Below, one piece after another: positions 46,623-55,894 of a stretch of 59,548 nucleotides of DNA. The first letter of the stretch is position 1. The number at the start of each line of letters is the position of its first letter. Made by a program: the position numbers and the translations under genes. This stretch comes from a virus (Duplodnaviria; Caudoviricetes): the IMG/VR virus record IMGVR_UViG_3300012926_000005, positions 1-59,548 of that record. One strand, 5' to 3'. The notes beneath the pieces were generated by a model, which saw nothing but the letters and a program-made list of their open reading frames with translations, did no database searches and was not told the origin of the DNA.

Positions 46623-46746
46623 CAGGCAATGAGTTTCGAGCAGCAGTTCACGGGGATGGTAGACGACTTACATAACCATGAACGTTTTGCCGTGCGACTG
46701 GCACTGATTCAATCGGGTACGATGCAGAGATGGACGGAGGAAGCCA

Positions 46747-47127
46747 ATGCAGTTAAGTTCCGCAATCGTTTTAGGCGATACACTCAAAAGGTCAACCTCA
46801 ACCAACTGGTTGCAAAAACGATGGGGCGGCTGGTGGGGTTGCGCCATCGGCGGGGCGTTGCTGGCGATGGGCCTAGGTGAGCAGTTCTTAGCCGAGATAA
46901 CGCACACGGGCATGAGTCCGCTGGATTGTCCGTCCGTAGAAAAGGCTTTGCCGTGGCTGACGCAGCCGATACTCGATGAAATTACCCGGCTATACCATGA
47001 AGTCATTCAGGGTCGAATCACGATTGAAACCGTGGCGGCGTATGTGCAGACGGTGGAGCCGCAGACGATTTCAGTAGAAATTGGCGAATATCAGTTCGGT
47101 TTCTCAGGTATAAAGACTTACGCATGA
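46747..47127 (+). CDS. Conserved hypothetical phage protein
   Basis: GGAGG RBS; M.LS.AI.LG, GCAIGGA, terminal E.VA.YV..VEP. Confidence 0.65.
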   Translation: MQLSSAIVLGDTLKRSTSTNWLQKRWGGWWGCAIGGALLAMGLGEQFLAEITHTGMSPLDCPSVEKALPWLTQPILDEITRLYHEVIQGRITIETVAAYVQTVEPQTISVEIGEYQFGFSGIKTYA

Positions 47128-47429
47128 AGAAGGCAAACAAATGGAATGGGAAAACAGCGCCGACGATCTCACGGAAGACGAATGGCAAAGATTCCAATGG
47201 GGCCGAGTCCGCAGCGCTAGTTCTTCTGCGGCAAGACTTCGCTCTGCATTGTCGCAGACTGAGAACGGGCATGGGGTTGACGCAAGCGGAGTTTGGTAAG
47301 TTGCTGGGCTACGGTAAGACCAACGGCTATGTTGCGGTAAGTCGGCTGGAGCGGGGAGAACATAAGCCACAGCAAGAGTATTTAGTCCGGTTCATGGAAA
47401 TTCAGATCAAGTACGACAATCGAGTTTAG
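47124..47429 (+). CDS. XRE-family HTH transcriptional regulator
   Basis: RRLR..MGLTQAEFGKLLG......VSRLERGEHKP. Confidence 0.88.
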   Translation: MKKANKWNGKTAPTISRKTNGKDSNGAESAALVLLRQDFALHCRRLRTGMGLTQAEFGKLLGYGKTNGYVAVSRLERGEHKPQQEYLVRFMEIQIKYDNRV

Positions 47430-47453
47430 TCCAACGTTAGACAGGAGAAAATT

Positions 47454-47885
47454 TTGGCCTACGGCATTCCCAAGATCACCAGCAAGGAACTAAAGCAGCA
47501 GATACTTGACTGCATTTCGGCGGTTCTGGAAAGAGACGCCAACCTGTCCGGAAACAATCTAGCCTTCTACGGCGCGGACATTGATTTCAAGATGGATTTG
47601 ACGCTGGTGTCACGGGGCGAACAGCGCGTAGGAGTGTTCGCCACGGCCACAGTAGGCGATTCTAGCCCTCCGCAGAAGCCAGAGGGGTCAGTGAAGCCTA
47701 CGGTTCCAGAAGCCCCACAGAAGGCAACTGTTAAGGTTTCAGGCCGACGCCAGACAGGGAGGAAACATGTCGCTCACAAGAACCCTAGCAGTACTGACAA
47801 GAGCCTGGAGTCAAAGCCGGGGGCAGCACAAGCGGACAAACGAACTGTTGTTACGCTTAGTCCGGGCACAGGAGAAATTAGCTAA
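47454..47885 (+). CDS. Hypothetical protein
   Basis: AGGAG RBS, TTG start. Confidence 0.6.
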   Translation: MAYGIPKITSKELKQQILDCISAVLERDANLSGNNLAFYGADIDFKMDLTLVSRGEQRVGVFATATVGDSSPPQKPEGSVKPTVPEAPQKATVKVSGRRQTGRKHVAHKNPSSTDKSLESKPGAAQADKRTVVTLSPGTGEIS

Positions 47886-47984
47886 TATTCCTGACCCGGA
47901 CATAAAGCAAGAGCAATTCAAGTTAACGAGTATTGACCGTCAGGCAGACGAACCGGACGACGACGAATCAGAGGGGTTGGAGTT

Positions 47985-48416
47985 TTGATTACAAATATCC
48001 TGAGTCAATTAAAACGGGATGAGGGCTTGAGCCTCAAGCCCTATCGGGATAGTCGCGGCATTATTACGGTGGGTTACGGCCACAACTTAGAAGTTAACCG
48101 CGAGAGCGCCAGAGAAATCACAGAAGAACGCGCTAACCAGTTTCTCCAGTCTGACCTAGAGGAAGTTACGCGGCGAATCCATATGAAAATAGATTGGGCC
48201 GACAGGCTAGATACTGTCCGGTTTGGCGTCCTGCAAAACTTGGGTTTTAATGTCGGTGTTGGTGCGCTGCTAGGTTTCAAGAAAACTCTGGGCTATATCG
48301 AGAACGGCGACTATAACAGCGCAGCCGATGAAATGCTTGATTCAGATTGGGCCAAGCAAGTAGGCGACCGGGCGGTACGGCTGGCAGAACAAATGCGCTC
48401 CGGCCAATGGGTCTAA
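47985..48416 (+). CDS. Endolysin, T4-like lysozyme (GH24)
   Basis: LKRDEG...PYRD..G..TVGYGHNL; FN.G...L.F; AADEMLDS.WAKQVG.RA.RL. Confidence 0.95.
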   Translation: MITNILSQLKRDEGLSLKPYRDSRGIITVGYGHNLEVNRESAREITEERANQFLQSDLEEVTRRIHMKIDWADRLDTVRFGVLQNLGFNVGVGALLGFKKTLGYIENGDYNSAADEMLDSDWAKQVGDRAVRLAEQMRSGQWV

Positions 48417-48425
48417 CGTTGGACT

Positions 48426-49022
48426 ATGCCCACAATCCCCCAAAAGATGATGGCTTGCCGCAAGCTGGGCCTAACTGACAGTTTCGAGCCGACTGCAAAA
48501 ATATCCCACATCTTCGAGAAGATAAGCCTAGGCGAAGTAATTTCTTGTCTGCGGACTTCACAGGACGAAAACGCGATGATGATATGCGCGATGTTCGATA
48601 GGCTTAATGCTTCACAGGCAAAAGCTATTGACATAGACTATTTGGCGGCAGCGGCCCACTGCAAAGACGTGTACAAAATCGCGGGATTAATCACGGAGAC
48701 TTACACGCGAGTCAAGGGGATGGAAACGGCGATGAGGGCCGCGCAAGAGTCGCCGGGGATTATGAAGTCGGTGACACGTCATGCTAAGGGCAAAGACGGC
48801 TTTCATCATGCCAAATTGGTTTTGCAGACGACAGGAGTAGCGCCGACGCCGAAGAATAACACTAACGTTTTCATTGGCAACAAGATCGACAATAGTAAGC
48901 ACCAAACGAACGTTGTGGCTACGCACTCTCAGACCGTCGATGAAGTTGGTGATATTCTCTCCAAATTGACAGTTCCTAAGGCTCTCGATGTTCCACCGTC
49001 AAGTCATAGCACGGAAGACTGA
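48426..49022 (+). CDS. Putative terminase small subunit
   Basis: Immediately upstream of and overlapping TerL; helical with a C-terminal N/T-rich strand. Confidence 0.55.
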   Translation: MPTIPQKMMACRKLGLTDSFEPTAKISHIFEKISLGEVISCLRTSQDENAMMICAMFDRLNASQAKAIDIDYLAAAAHCKDVYKIAGLITETYTRVKGMETAMRAAQESPGIMKSVTRHAKGKDGFHHAKLVLQTTGVAPTPKNNTNVFIGNKIDNSKHQTNVVATHSQTVDEVGDILSKLTVPKALDVPPSSHSTED

Positions 49023-51213
49023 GGCTATCGAGAAAGCCAAGAATATCAAGCTGCGGGAAAACTCCGTAGAGGAGTGCATTACTCTTTACGATCACTTCAA
49101 GTCAATGGAAGTGATGGAGTCTAAACATCCGGTTTACTGCCGTAAGGGCGAATCTCCTAAAGACTTCAAGTTTACAGAGCAGGAATCAGCATGGATCAGA
49201 AATGAAATGCTGATGTGTGCTTGTTCGTTCCCGTATTGGTTCTTTCGCTACTTCTTTGTAAAATCAACAATCAAGAAAGACGGTAAGGTAGTCAGTGAAA
49301 ACATTCGCCGTCCAGACGTGTGGATAGCGCAGTTAATCTACTTGGAAATTCTGGCCGAGCTAGACTTGCGCGGTCTACCGATTTTGCTACTGGCGTTGAA
49401 AGCAAGACAACTCGGGATTTCGACGGTCACAGAAGCAATTATTCAGTGGATGGCCATATTCACTAAAGGTTCGCACTGCGTAGTAGCTTCGTCCGAAACA
49501 GAGAAGTCGGAAGAAATGGCCAACATGATTTGGCTGGGGCTTGACATGATGCCCTTGTGGATGAAGCCAGTTCTGACAAGAGAGGACAGGAAGATTGGGC
49601 CGGAGTTCGGGCTAATTCACTCAGACATTGTTTTGCAGCACGGCTCTCAGATGAAGGGTATTGCCACCGGATCGACGCCGATAGCTGCGCACCTGTCGGA
49701 AGTCGCCTATTACCCGAATCCGATTGAAACAATCGAACGTTCTTTGATTCGCGCCATGCACGAAAACCCAAGGACGTTTTTAGTTCTGGAGTCCACGGCA
49801 CGGAAAAAAGATGATTGGTTTCATAAAACTTGGGTCAAGAACCGAAAGGGCGAACAAGAGGGATACAATCGTTTTACGTGTATGTTCCTTCCCTGGTATG
49901 TCGGCAGAGACATATATCCGACTCCAGACTTCCTTTTAAGCCATCCTATACCCCAAGGGTGGCGACCCATGAAAGAGACGCTTAAACAGGCGCTAGATGC
50001 CAAGCTATACGTGTCTACGACGCCTCTGCTTAAGAAGCACATGCCCGACAATTGGGAAATGCCGATTGAGCAGATGTGGTTTTGGGAATTCAATTACCAC
50101 GAGGCGATGGAAGGCGGCGACGAAACTCTGAAGGCGTTCATGTCAGAGCTTGCGGCGGATGAAAGGTCTTGTTTCCAGTCTAAGCGTTGGTCAGTATTCG
50201 CTCAAGGTGTGCTAGATAAACTAGAGGCAGAAATCAGCGACAAGTACCAAGACTATGCCATGATCGGTGACGGCATAGATGAGCGGTTTGCGCTGAAAGA
50301 CTTTCAGTCACATTCGCACAAACGGATAGACATTGAGTGGGCCACGATTGACGGGAAAAACCTGTACTGGAAATTAATTCCGCTGAAAGAGACGCCGCGA
50401 GACGAGAAGCTAGATTTCTACTTGAGAGTATGGGAGAAACCTAAACCGGGGTATAAATATACAATCGGAATAGACATTGCTTCCGGCCAGGGGCAGAACC
50501 GGACAGTATATTTTGTCAACCGCATCGGCAAAGAAGGGGAGCCAGACCGGGAAGTAGCTTTACTGTGTTCGGCGTGGATAGCTTCACCGGAGAGTCCAGC
50601 GTTTGCTAACCTTCTGGGAATCTGGTATGGGCAGTACATGGGCGCTATGAGTCCGTATGTCGCGGAAGCACAGTTATCGCCGGAAGTTCAGAAAGCCGTA
50701 GGAGACTTTATCTCTTTCCAGCTTTCCAAGCTAGGCTACACAAACTTCTACTACATGCAGCGCTTTGATATTCGCAGGCATCCCGGCCAGAAGGGAACAC
50801 GACGCGGCTGGGCAACAATGGGATGGTCACGGCAGATGATGATGGAAGCCTTTGAGCACGCGATCAAGGCCGGATGGATCGAAGTCAATTCGCAAGAGCT
50901 AATAGACGAACTTGGGAGCCTAGAGTCTGACGTTACTGAGGGCGATAAGACGTTCTACGATCACTCTTCCGAAGGAACCGACGATGTATACATGGCGGGC
51001 GGAATTGCGTACTTTACTTCTCACGACAATCAGACTATTATGGAGCGGATGAAGGGCGCTGCCGCACCAAAAAAGAGAAAACGCGACGAAGATGCCCCTA
51101 AGCCAGAGAGAGAATCGGGCATTTCGCAATTGAGTCGCAAGTTTATGTTTGAAGACACGATGAACAAAGATTTTGCCGGAGAGGTAGAGGGGGGCGGCGG
51201 GCATGTCTACTAG
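48988..51213 (+). CDS. terL: Terminase large subunit
   Basis: LKARQLGIST (Walker A), HLSEVAY (Walker B), LESTA (coupling), IGIDIA.G and DDVYMA (RNase H-like nuclease). Confidence 0.95.
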   Translation: MFHRQVIARKTEAIEKAKNIKLRENSVEECITLYDHFKSMEVMESKHPVYCRKGESPKDFKFTEQESAWIRNEMLMCACSFPYWFFRYFFVKSTIKKDGKVVSENIRRPDVWIAQLIYLEILAELDLRGLPILLLALKARQLGISTVTEAIIQWMAIFTKGSHCVVASSETEKSEEMANMIWLGLDMMPLWMKPVLTREDRKIGPEFGLIHSDIVLQHGSQMKGIATGSTPIAAHLSEVAYYPNPIETIERSLIRAMHENPRTFLVLESTARKKDDWFHKTWVKNRKGEQEGYNRFTCMFLPWYVGRDIYPTPDFLLSHPIPQGWRPMKETLKQALDAKLYVSTTPLLKKHMPDNWEMPIEQMWFWEFNYHEAMEGGDETLKAFMSELAADERSCFQSKRWSVFAQGVLDKLEAEISDKYQDYAMIGDGIDERFALKDFQSHSHKRIDIEWATIDGKNLYWKLIPLKETPRDEKLDFYLRVWEKPKPGYKYTIGIDIASGQGQNRTVYFVNRIGKEGEPDREVALLCSAWIASPESPAFANLLGIWYGQYMGAMSPYVAEAQLSPEVQKAVGDFISFQLSKLGYTNFYYMQRFDIRRHPGQKGTRRGWATMGWSRQMMMEAFEHAIKAGWIEVNSQELIDELGSLESDVTEGDKTFYDHSSEGTDDVYMAGGIAYFTSHDNQTIMERMKGAAAPKKRKRDEDAPKPERESGISQLSRKFMFEDTMNKDFAGEVEGGGGHVY

Positions 51214-51718
51214 CGTGGACTGGAATAAAGACGGTAGCTGCTGGATTGAGATAGCACCGGGACGCAAGAAGCTATTCGGCAAAAAACACCCTGCTACACT
51301 CGCTGCAAAAAATCGTCTAACGTTGGACTACATTCGAGAGGCCAAAAATAATAAGACCCGTGGCGGGCGTGGTGTGACGGTGTACTATCGGGATGAGAGC
51401 GGGAAAATCTGCCTTCCGCCGTCTCCGGATTTAGCGCCGAAAGGATACGTGATTCACGAAGCCAGCGGGCCGATAGCGCAAGACAAACTTTGCCGTGAAA
51501 TGGAAAGAGATTTAAGGGCTGACTACGGCAATGACTACATGACAGCTTACATGGACTCTGAGCAAGGCAATCCCCGTGACGTACTGGCAAGGACTCATGC
51601 CATGTCTAATTTGGAGCGGGACTTAATTGGTGCTATGCTGGAGGACTTGGACAAAGAAGAGTCTAAACGGCAGAGAGTTAACTGCAATACGTACTTTCCT
51701 GAGCGGGAGAGAATGTAA
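51203..51718 (+). CDS. Hypothetical protein
   Basis: Coupled ORF between TerL and portal. Confidence 0.65.
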   Translation: MSTSVDWNKDGSCWIEIAPGRKKLFGKKHPATLAAKNRLTLDYIREAKNNKTRGGRGVTVYYRDESGKICLPPSPDLAPKGYVIHEASGPIAQDKLCREMERDLRADYGNDYMTAYMDSEQGNPRDVLARTHAMSNLERDLIGAMLEDLDKEESKRQRVNCNTYFPERERM

Positions 51719-52080
51719 TGGGACAAGTGAGTAAAACGCTAAGAAGGATAGAAGGCGGATATGCCCACTGGTGTCCGGGCTGTCAAGAGATGCACAAACT
51801 TCCCGACTCTTGGACTTTTGACGGTAATGTCAATAGTCCTTCTTTTTCGCCGAGCTTCAAGCATGAAGGGATAAAAAGGGTATTCGTAGATGGTAAATGG
51901 AGTGGAGAATGGGTCAGGGATTCAAGCGGCAACACCGTCCCGTTTATATGTCACTACATTCTTACTTCCGGAGTGCTTAATTTTTGTGGCGATAGCACTC
52001 ATAGCGTTGCCGGGGAAGCTGTACCAGTACCAGAGCTACCTGACGGCCTAACTGATGGACAGGCAGAGGAAATGCTGTGA
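51718..52080 (+). CDS. DUF6527-like Cys/His protein
   Basis: CPGC..H, W.F.G....P.FSPS, CHY....G...FC.DS.H. Confidence 0.7.
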   Translation: MGQVSKTLRRIEGGYAHWCPGCQEMHKLPDSWTFDGNVNSPSFSPSFKHEGIKRVFVDGKWSGEWVRDSSGNTVPFICHYILTSGVLNFCGDSTHSVAGEAVPVPELPDGLTDGQAEEML

Positions 52081-54179
52081 GCGACAAAGACAAGCGCCGT
52101 AGCTGGCAAGTCCCGAAATATCCGTGTACCGACAAGAAAGAGCTACGGCAGTTCTTGAAGCAGAACGTTGAAGATGGCATCGGCTACCTAGAGGCTTCGC
52201 CGGGGTACTGCCAGCTGCAAGAGTCAATAAGGATTCTCTCAGGTAAGGCCGACGATAAGCTAGCCAACGAGCAAGACAAGAAAAACTACTCCAAGACTCA
52301 AACCAACCGACTCAAAAGAAATATCCGCGAGATGGTCAACTCTCTGGCGGAAATCCGCTACAATCCCGGATTCCATTCTAGTTCTAAAGACACGTTTGAC
52401 CTTGCTGAAGTGCTGAACAAGTATGGCGAGTACTGGTACAACAAAGAGTTCATTGACCTTCAGGTAAAGAAAGCTATTCAGTGGGCGGCGATCAGTCCGT
52501 GCGGATGGTTGGAGATTTGTTATCGGGAGATACCGGGAACACGGGGAGAGCGCCGGGTTGACCTGATACCTATGGGCTGGTTTGACGTAGTAATGACAGG
52601 AGTGCCGGACGACGGCGATCACCAGCAAGCCTACACGGTTACTACTATTAAAGATTTGCCGATGTATCAGGCCCATGCCCTGTTTCCAGAGTTCCAGAAA
52701 TGGCTTGCACCGGACAGGGAATCGCCGCGTGGATGGGTAGAGCGGATCAAGCAAAAAGCCAAAGAAGTAGTCAACGACGTTTTCGATACAACGCCAGATA
52801 CGACTACGGCCAAGAATCCGACGTGCAGGATTTACTATCAATACATCATTGACTTGTCTATCAATCGCACAAAATCAGCGATGAAGATGGGTTACGAGAA
52901 AAAGAAAAACCCAGAGACAGGGATAGAGGAAGAAGTAGAAACGCCGTGGAGCTACATCGTGCCGTTTGTGGGGCAGATGATACCTACAGGATTAGTTGAC
53001 AGGCCGATGCGTGTAGCCGAGCCAAGAGACTGCCGCATCTTCCCTGGTAGGCGGTTAATTATCGGTACAGAAAGACAGAACGGGCCGCACGAGGGCATTA
53101 TGTACGACGGGCCAATGTGGGACTGGCACGGCAAGGCTCCGCTGATTAAGTTCTGTGCGGATGAATGGGTGTTTGGTGAATTTTCGATGGTACATGATGT
53201 TGTGCCGATCCATGAGGCCATCAACGAGATTGACCGTATAAGCCATCAGACGCTAAGAAACAGGTTTAACCCCACAATGGGGTACAACAACCGCGCTATT
53301 GACCGGGGAAAGGCCAAGGCGGTTGATTTAAGAGTGCAGGGCGACCGGATCGGGTTTAACGGACAAGAGGCAGCGGATATTTCAAAGGCTATGGGGCCGT
53401 TGGTTCCGGCAAGTTTTAACGTCATTGAACCGTGGGTAGAAGCATTCAGGAAATACCTAGACGACGCCGAAGATTACCAGATGGGCGTCCGCAACTTTGA
53501 GGCTCTAGCCAAGATCAAGACGGCGGGAGCATCGGACGAAACCCAGAAGCTACTAGACGCAGCGGGGCCGATTGTAAAAGGCATTTCCCGTGACATGGAA
53601 CGGTCAATGCGCGACTTGGCCGACATGTTTAAATACATGGTCATTCAGTACATCGACACGCCAAAACTCATGGCAGTGTTGGGGCCGGATAGTATTACGC
53701 CAGTCAACTACGACTATGAACCGGGAAACCTGATTCCAGCGCACTTGCCAGGAGAAAATAAGTCAGGCAAAAGTATCTTCACAAAGATGGACAGAGCACA
53801 TTGGGCCGCGCAACACGCCGAGTTCATCATACTTCCTGGCCACTTGCATCAGATCACGCAAATGTCGCACAAGCTAATGATTATGCAAGCAGCCAAAATG
53901 GGCTTGCCTATTAGTTGGTGGACACTTAACGAGCGTCTAAGTCTGGGATTGAATCTAGGCCCAAGGCCAGGAAACACGGACATAGAAGCATGGTTTGCAC
54001 AGCAAAAAATGATGCTGGAATTTAAGGCTTCTCTGAGTGCCGAAGCGCAAGCGCTGCAAGGCGATGAACCGCCACACGCGGGCGGCGATAAAAAACAAGG
54101 CGGCAGGCCAAATACCGACCAAAAAGAACCTAAGCAAGCTATGAAGGGTGACGGACGCCCATTAACAAAAACTAGCTAA
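52077..54179 (+). CDS. Portal protein
   Basis: 700 aa between TerL and scaffold/capsid; C-terminal GGRP tail. Confidence 0.8.
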   Translation: MSDKDKRRSWQVPKYPCTDKKELRQFLKQNVEDGIGYLEASPGYCQLQESIRILSGKADDKLANEQDKKNYSKTQTNRLKRNIREMVNSLAEIRYNPGFHSSSKDTFDLAEVLNKYGEYWYNKEFIDLQVKKAIQWAAISPCGWLEICYREIPGTRGERRVDLIPMGWFDVVMTGVPDDGDHQQAYTVTTIKDLPMYQAHALFPEFQKWLAPDRESPRGWVERIKQKAKEVVNDVFDTTPDTTTAKNPTCRIYYQYIIDLSINRTKSAMKMGYEKKKNPETGIEEEVETPWSYIVPFVGQMIPTGLVDRPMRVAEPRDCRIFPGRRLIIGTERQNGPHEGIMYDGPMWDWHGKAPLIKFCADEWVFGEFSMVHDVVPIHEAINEIDRISHQTLRNRFNPTMGYNNRAIDRGKAKAVDLRVQGDRIGFNGQEAADISKAMGPLVPASFNVIEPWVEAFRKYLDDAEDYQMGVRNFEALAKIKTAGASDETQKLLDAAGPIVKGISRDMERSMRDLADMFKYMVIQYIDTPKLMAVLGPDSITPVNYDYEPGNLIPAHLPGENKSGKSIFTKMDRAHWAAQHAEFIILPGHLHQITQMSHKLMIMQAAKMGLPISWWTLNERLSLGLNLGPRPGNTDIEAWFAQQKMMLEFKASLSAEAQALQGDEPPHAGGDKKQGGRPNTDQKEPKQAMKGDGRPLTKTS

Positions 54180-54457
54180 TGTCTAACGTTGGACATGTCG
54201 AAGCTGCCTATCAAGAAGCAATCGAAAATCCCTCACGTTGTCGCAAAAGAAACGGAACTACATCAAGAAGCAAGACGGGACTTATGGGAGCTTACCGCTG
54301 TTTGCCTAGAGGCAAATGGCGTTCCTCTATCAGGATAAATGGCAAGACGACAATTCTAAAGAACGCCGAAGGTAAGACCTATTTTCACTCCGCAGAAGAA
54401 GCAAACGCCGCGTACATTAAAGCCGCTACAGACGCCGGGATAATTCAAGTCACTTAA
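54179..54457 (+). CDS. Stand-alone AP2-like DNA-binding domain protein (possible HNH-AP2 remnant)
   Basis: SKTG..GAY....KWRSSIRINGK....YF.SAEEA.AAY..AA. Confidence 0.7.
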   Translation: MSNVGHVEAAYQEAIENPSRCRKRNGTTSRSKTGLMGAYRCLPRGKWRSSIRINGKTTILKNAEGKTYFHSAEEANAAYIKAATDAGIIQVT

Positions 54458-54533
54458 CTACTCCCTTGTTGTGCATACAACTGTATTCCAATGGCCTAAG
54501 CCTTGCTGTATATCTATAAGCGAGGTTAAAACA

Positions 54534-54611
54534 ATGTACGGTGAAAACCTGAATCACGTTGCGTTCAAGCGTGGCCGCAAAAAGGGTCACAAAAAGGGCG
54601 GGAAAAAGTAA
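54534..54611 (+). CDS. 25-aa basic peptide MYGENLNHVAFKRGRKKGHKKGGKK
   Basis: GAGGT RBS; manual translation. Confidence 0.65.
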   Translation: MYGENLNHVAFKRGRKKGHKKGGKK

Positions 54612-54666
54612 GCAACTCCTCACCGGGAACGAGCGCGTAATGGTGCTCTCCTAAGAGGATCAGCCG

Positions 54667-54695
54667 GGAGGAGGTAGAAATACCTCCTTTCCTTT
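54667..54695 (+). terminator. Hairpin, possible terminator or attenuator
   Basis: AGGAGGTA-GAAA-TACCTCCT followed by TTCCTTT. Confidence 0.55.
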
Positions 54696-54707
54696 AAAAA
54701 GGAAAAC

Positions 54708-54806
54708 ATGAAGCGGCCAGGAGCAAAAGCGGGAACGAAGCCAGTCCTGAAGAAAATGGGCAAAAAGGGCGGCAGGGTAAAAATCAGCTACATGTCAGGG
54801 AAATGA
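54708..54806 (+). CDS. 32-aa basic peptide MKRPGAKAGTKPVLKKMGKKGGRVKISYMSGK
   Basis: AAGGA RBS; manual translation. Confidence 0.6.
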   Translation: MKRPGAKAGTKPVLKKMGKKGGRVKISYMSGK

Positions 54807-54812
54807 TTACCA

Positions 54813-55064
54813 ATGTCAACACCGGGAATGTCACAACCGCAGGAACAAGGTTCACCTGGGCAGGGACAGCCACCATCGGGACAGCAGCAAGACCCGTTGC
54901 AGGATTTCCGGCAGTTGGCACAGCAAGTTCAGCAGTTAGCGCAGAAGTATCCGGAAGCGGCGGAAGGTTCGGCAACGATCCTGAAAACAATCAAAGACAT
55001 GATGACAAGGGTCGCCGGAAATCCGCAGAGAACACAAGAAAAGCAAGCCCCACCAGCAAGCTAG
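54813..55064 (+). CDS. Gln/Pro-rich small protein
   Basis: ORF before the scaffold gene. Confidence 0.6.
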   Translation: MSTPGMSQPQEQGSPGQGQPPSGQQQDPLQDFRQLAQQVQQLAQKYPEAAEGSATILKTIKDMMTRVAGNPQRTQEKQAPPAS

Positions 55065-55075
55065 GAGAAGAGTAA

Positions 55076-55870
55076 ATGGCATTCGACACCAAGGCAGCAC
55101 TGGCAAAGATCACTGACCCGGAAAAACGCGCAAAACTTGAAGCGGCGTTAGCTGAAGCGGACGGGTTTATTGCCGAAGTCGAAACGCTGGCCTCCAGCCT
55201 GGAAACCGAGCGCACAGCACGGACGGTCTGGGAAAAAGAAAAGACCGAGATGACAAAGAATTGGGAGACTGCCTCAAAGGAATATGAGGAAGTTTTCAAC
55301 CTCTGGTCTTCGACGGACGCCGAAAAGAAAGAAGCAGCCAAGAAACTTGACGAAGCCAACAAGTTATTGCTTGAAACAAAGGCAAAACTAGCCGAGAACA
55401 TCAAGACCGCGCCTGCGATTGACACCAGCAAATTTCAAACGGTTGAAGATGCGGTAAAGTTTGAAGCGGGCCGGACGGCGTACTTCGCTAAAGTCCTGAA
55501 AGTACAGCGCGAACACGCAAAGTTGTTCCCTGACGTTGAGCTTGACCCAGAAAAGTTGGTTCAAGAGTCTTTGGCGGCAAAGAAGCCGCTGGAAGACTAC
55601 TGGCGTGAGACGTTCAAGGTCGATGAAAAGCGGGCAGCGAATGCCAAGGCGACCGCAGACAAGCACGACAAGGAACTTGAGGACAAGGGCTACCAGCGGG
55701 CTATCGCAGAAATGCGCAACCCGTCCCTTCGGACGCTGGAGAGTTCAGAGGAGCCTTTCTACACTCCCAAGGACGGCGACAAGGTAAAGAATCCGTGGGA
55801 CTTGGAAAAAGAGGGTATCGTTCCTGCGGATGAAGCCGCACTCTTGAAAGAATTGACGACGATTCAGTAA
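55076..55870 (+). CDS. Putative scaffolding protein
   Basis: E/K/A-rich coiled coil directly upstream of the capsid gene. Confidence 0.7.
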   Translation: MAFDTKAALAKITDPEKRAKLEAALAEADGFIAEVETLASSLETERTARTVWEKEKTEMTKNWETASKEYEEVFNLWSSTDAEKKEAAKKLDEANKLLLETKAKLAENIKTAPAIDTSKFQTVEDAVKFEAGRTAYFAKVLKVQREHAKLFPDVELDPEKLVQESLAAKKPLEDYWRETFKVDEKRAANAKATADKHDKELEDKGYQRAIAEMRNPSLRTLESSEEPFYTPKDGDKVKNPWDLEKEGIVPADEAALLKELTTIQ

Positions 55871-55894
55871 ACAAGATTCAGTAGGAGACAAGCA

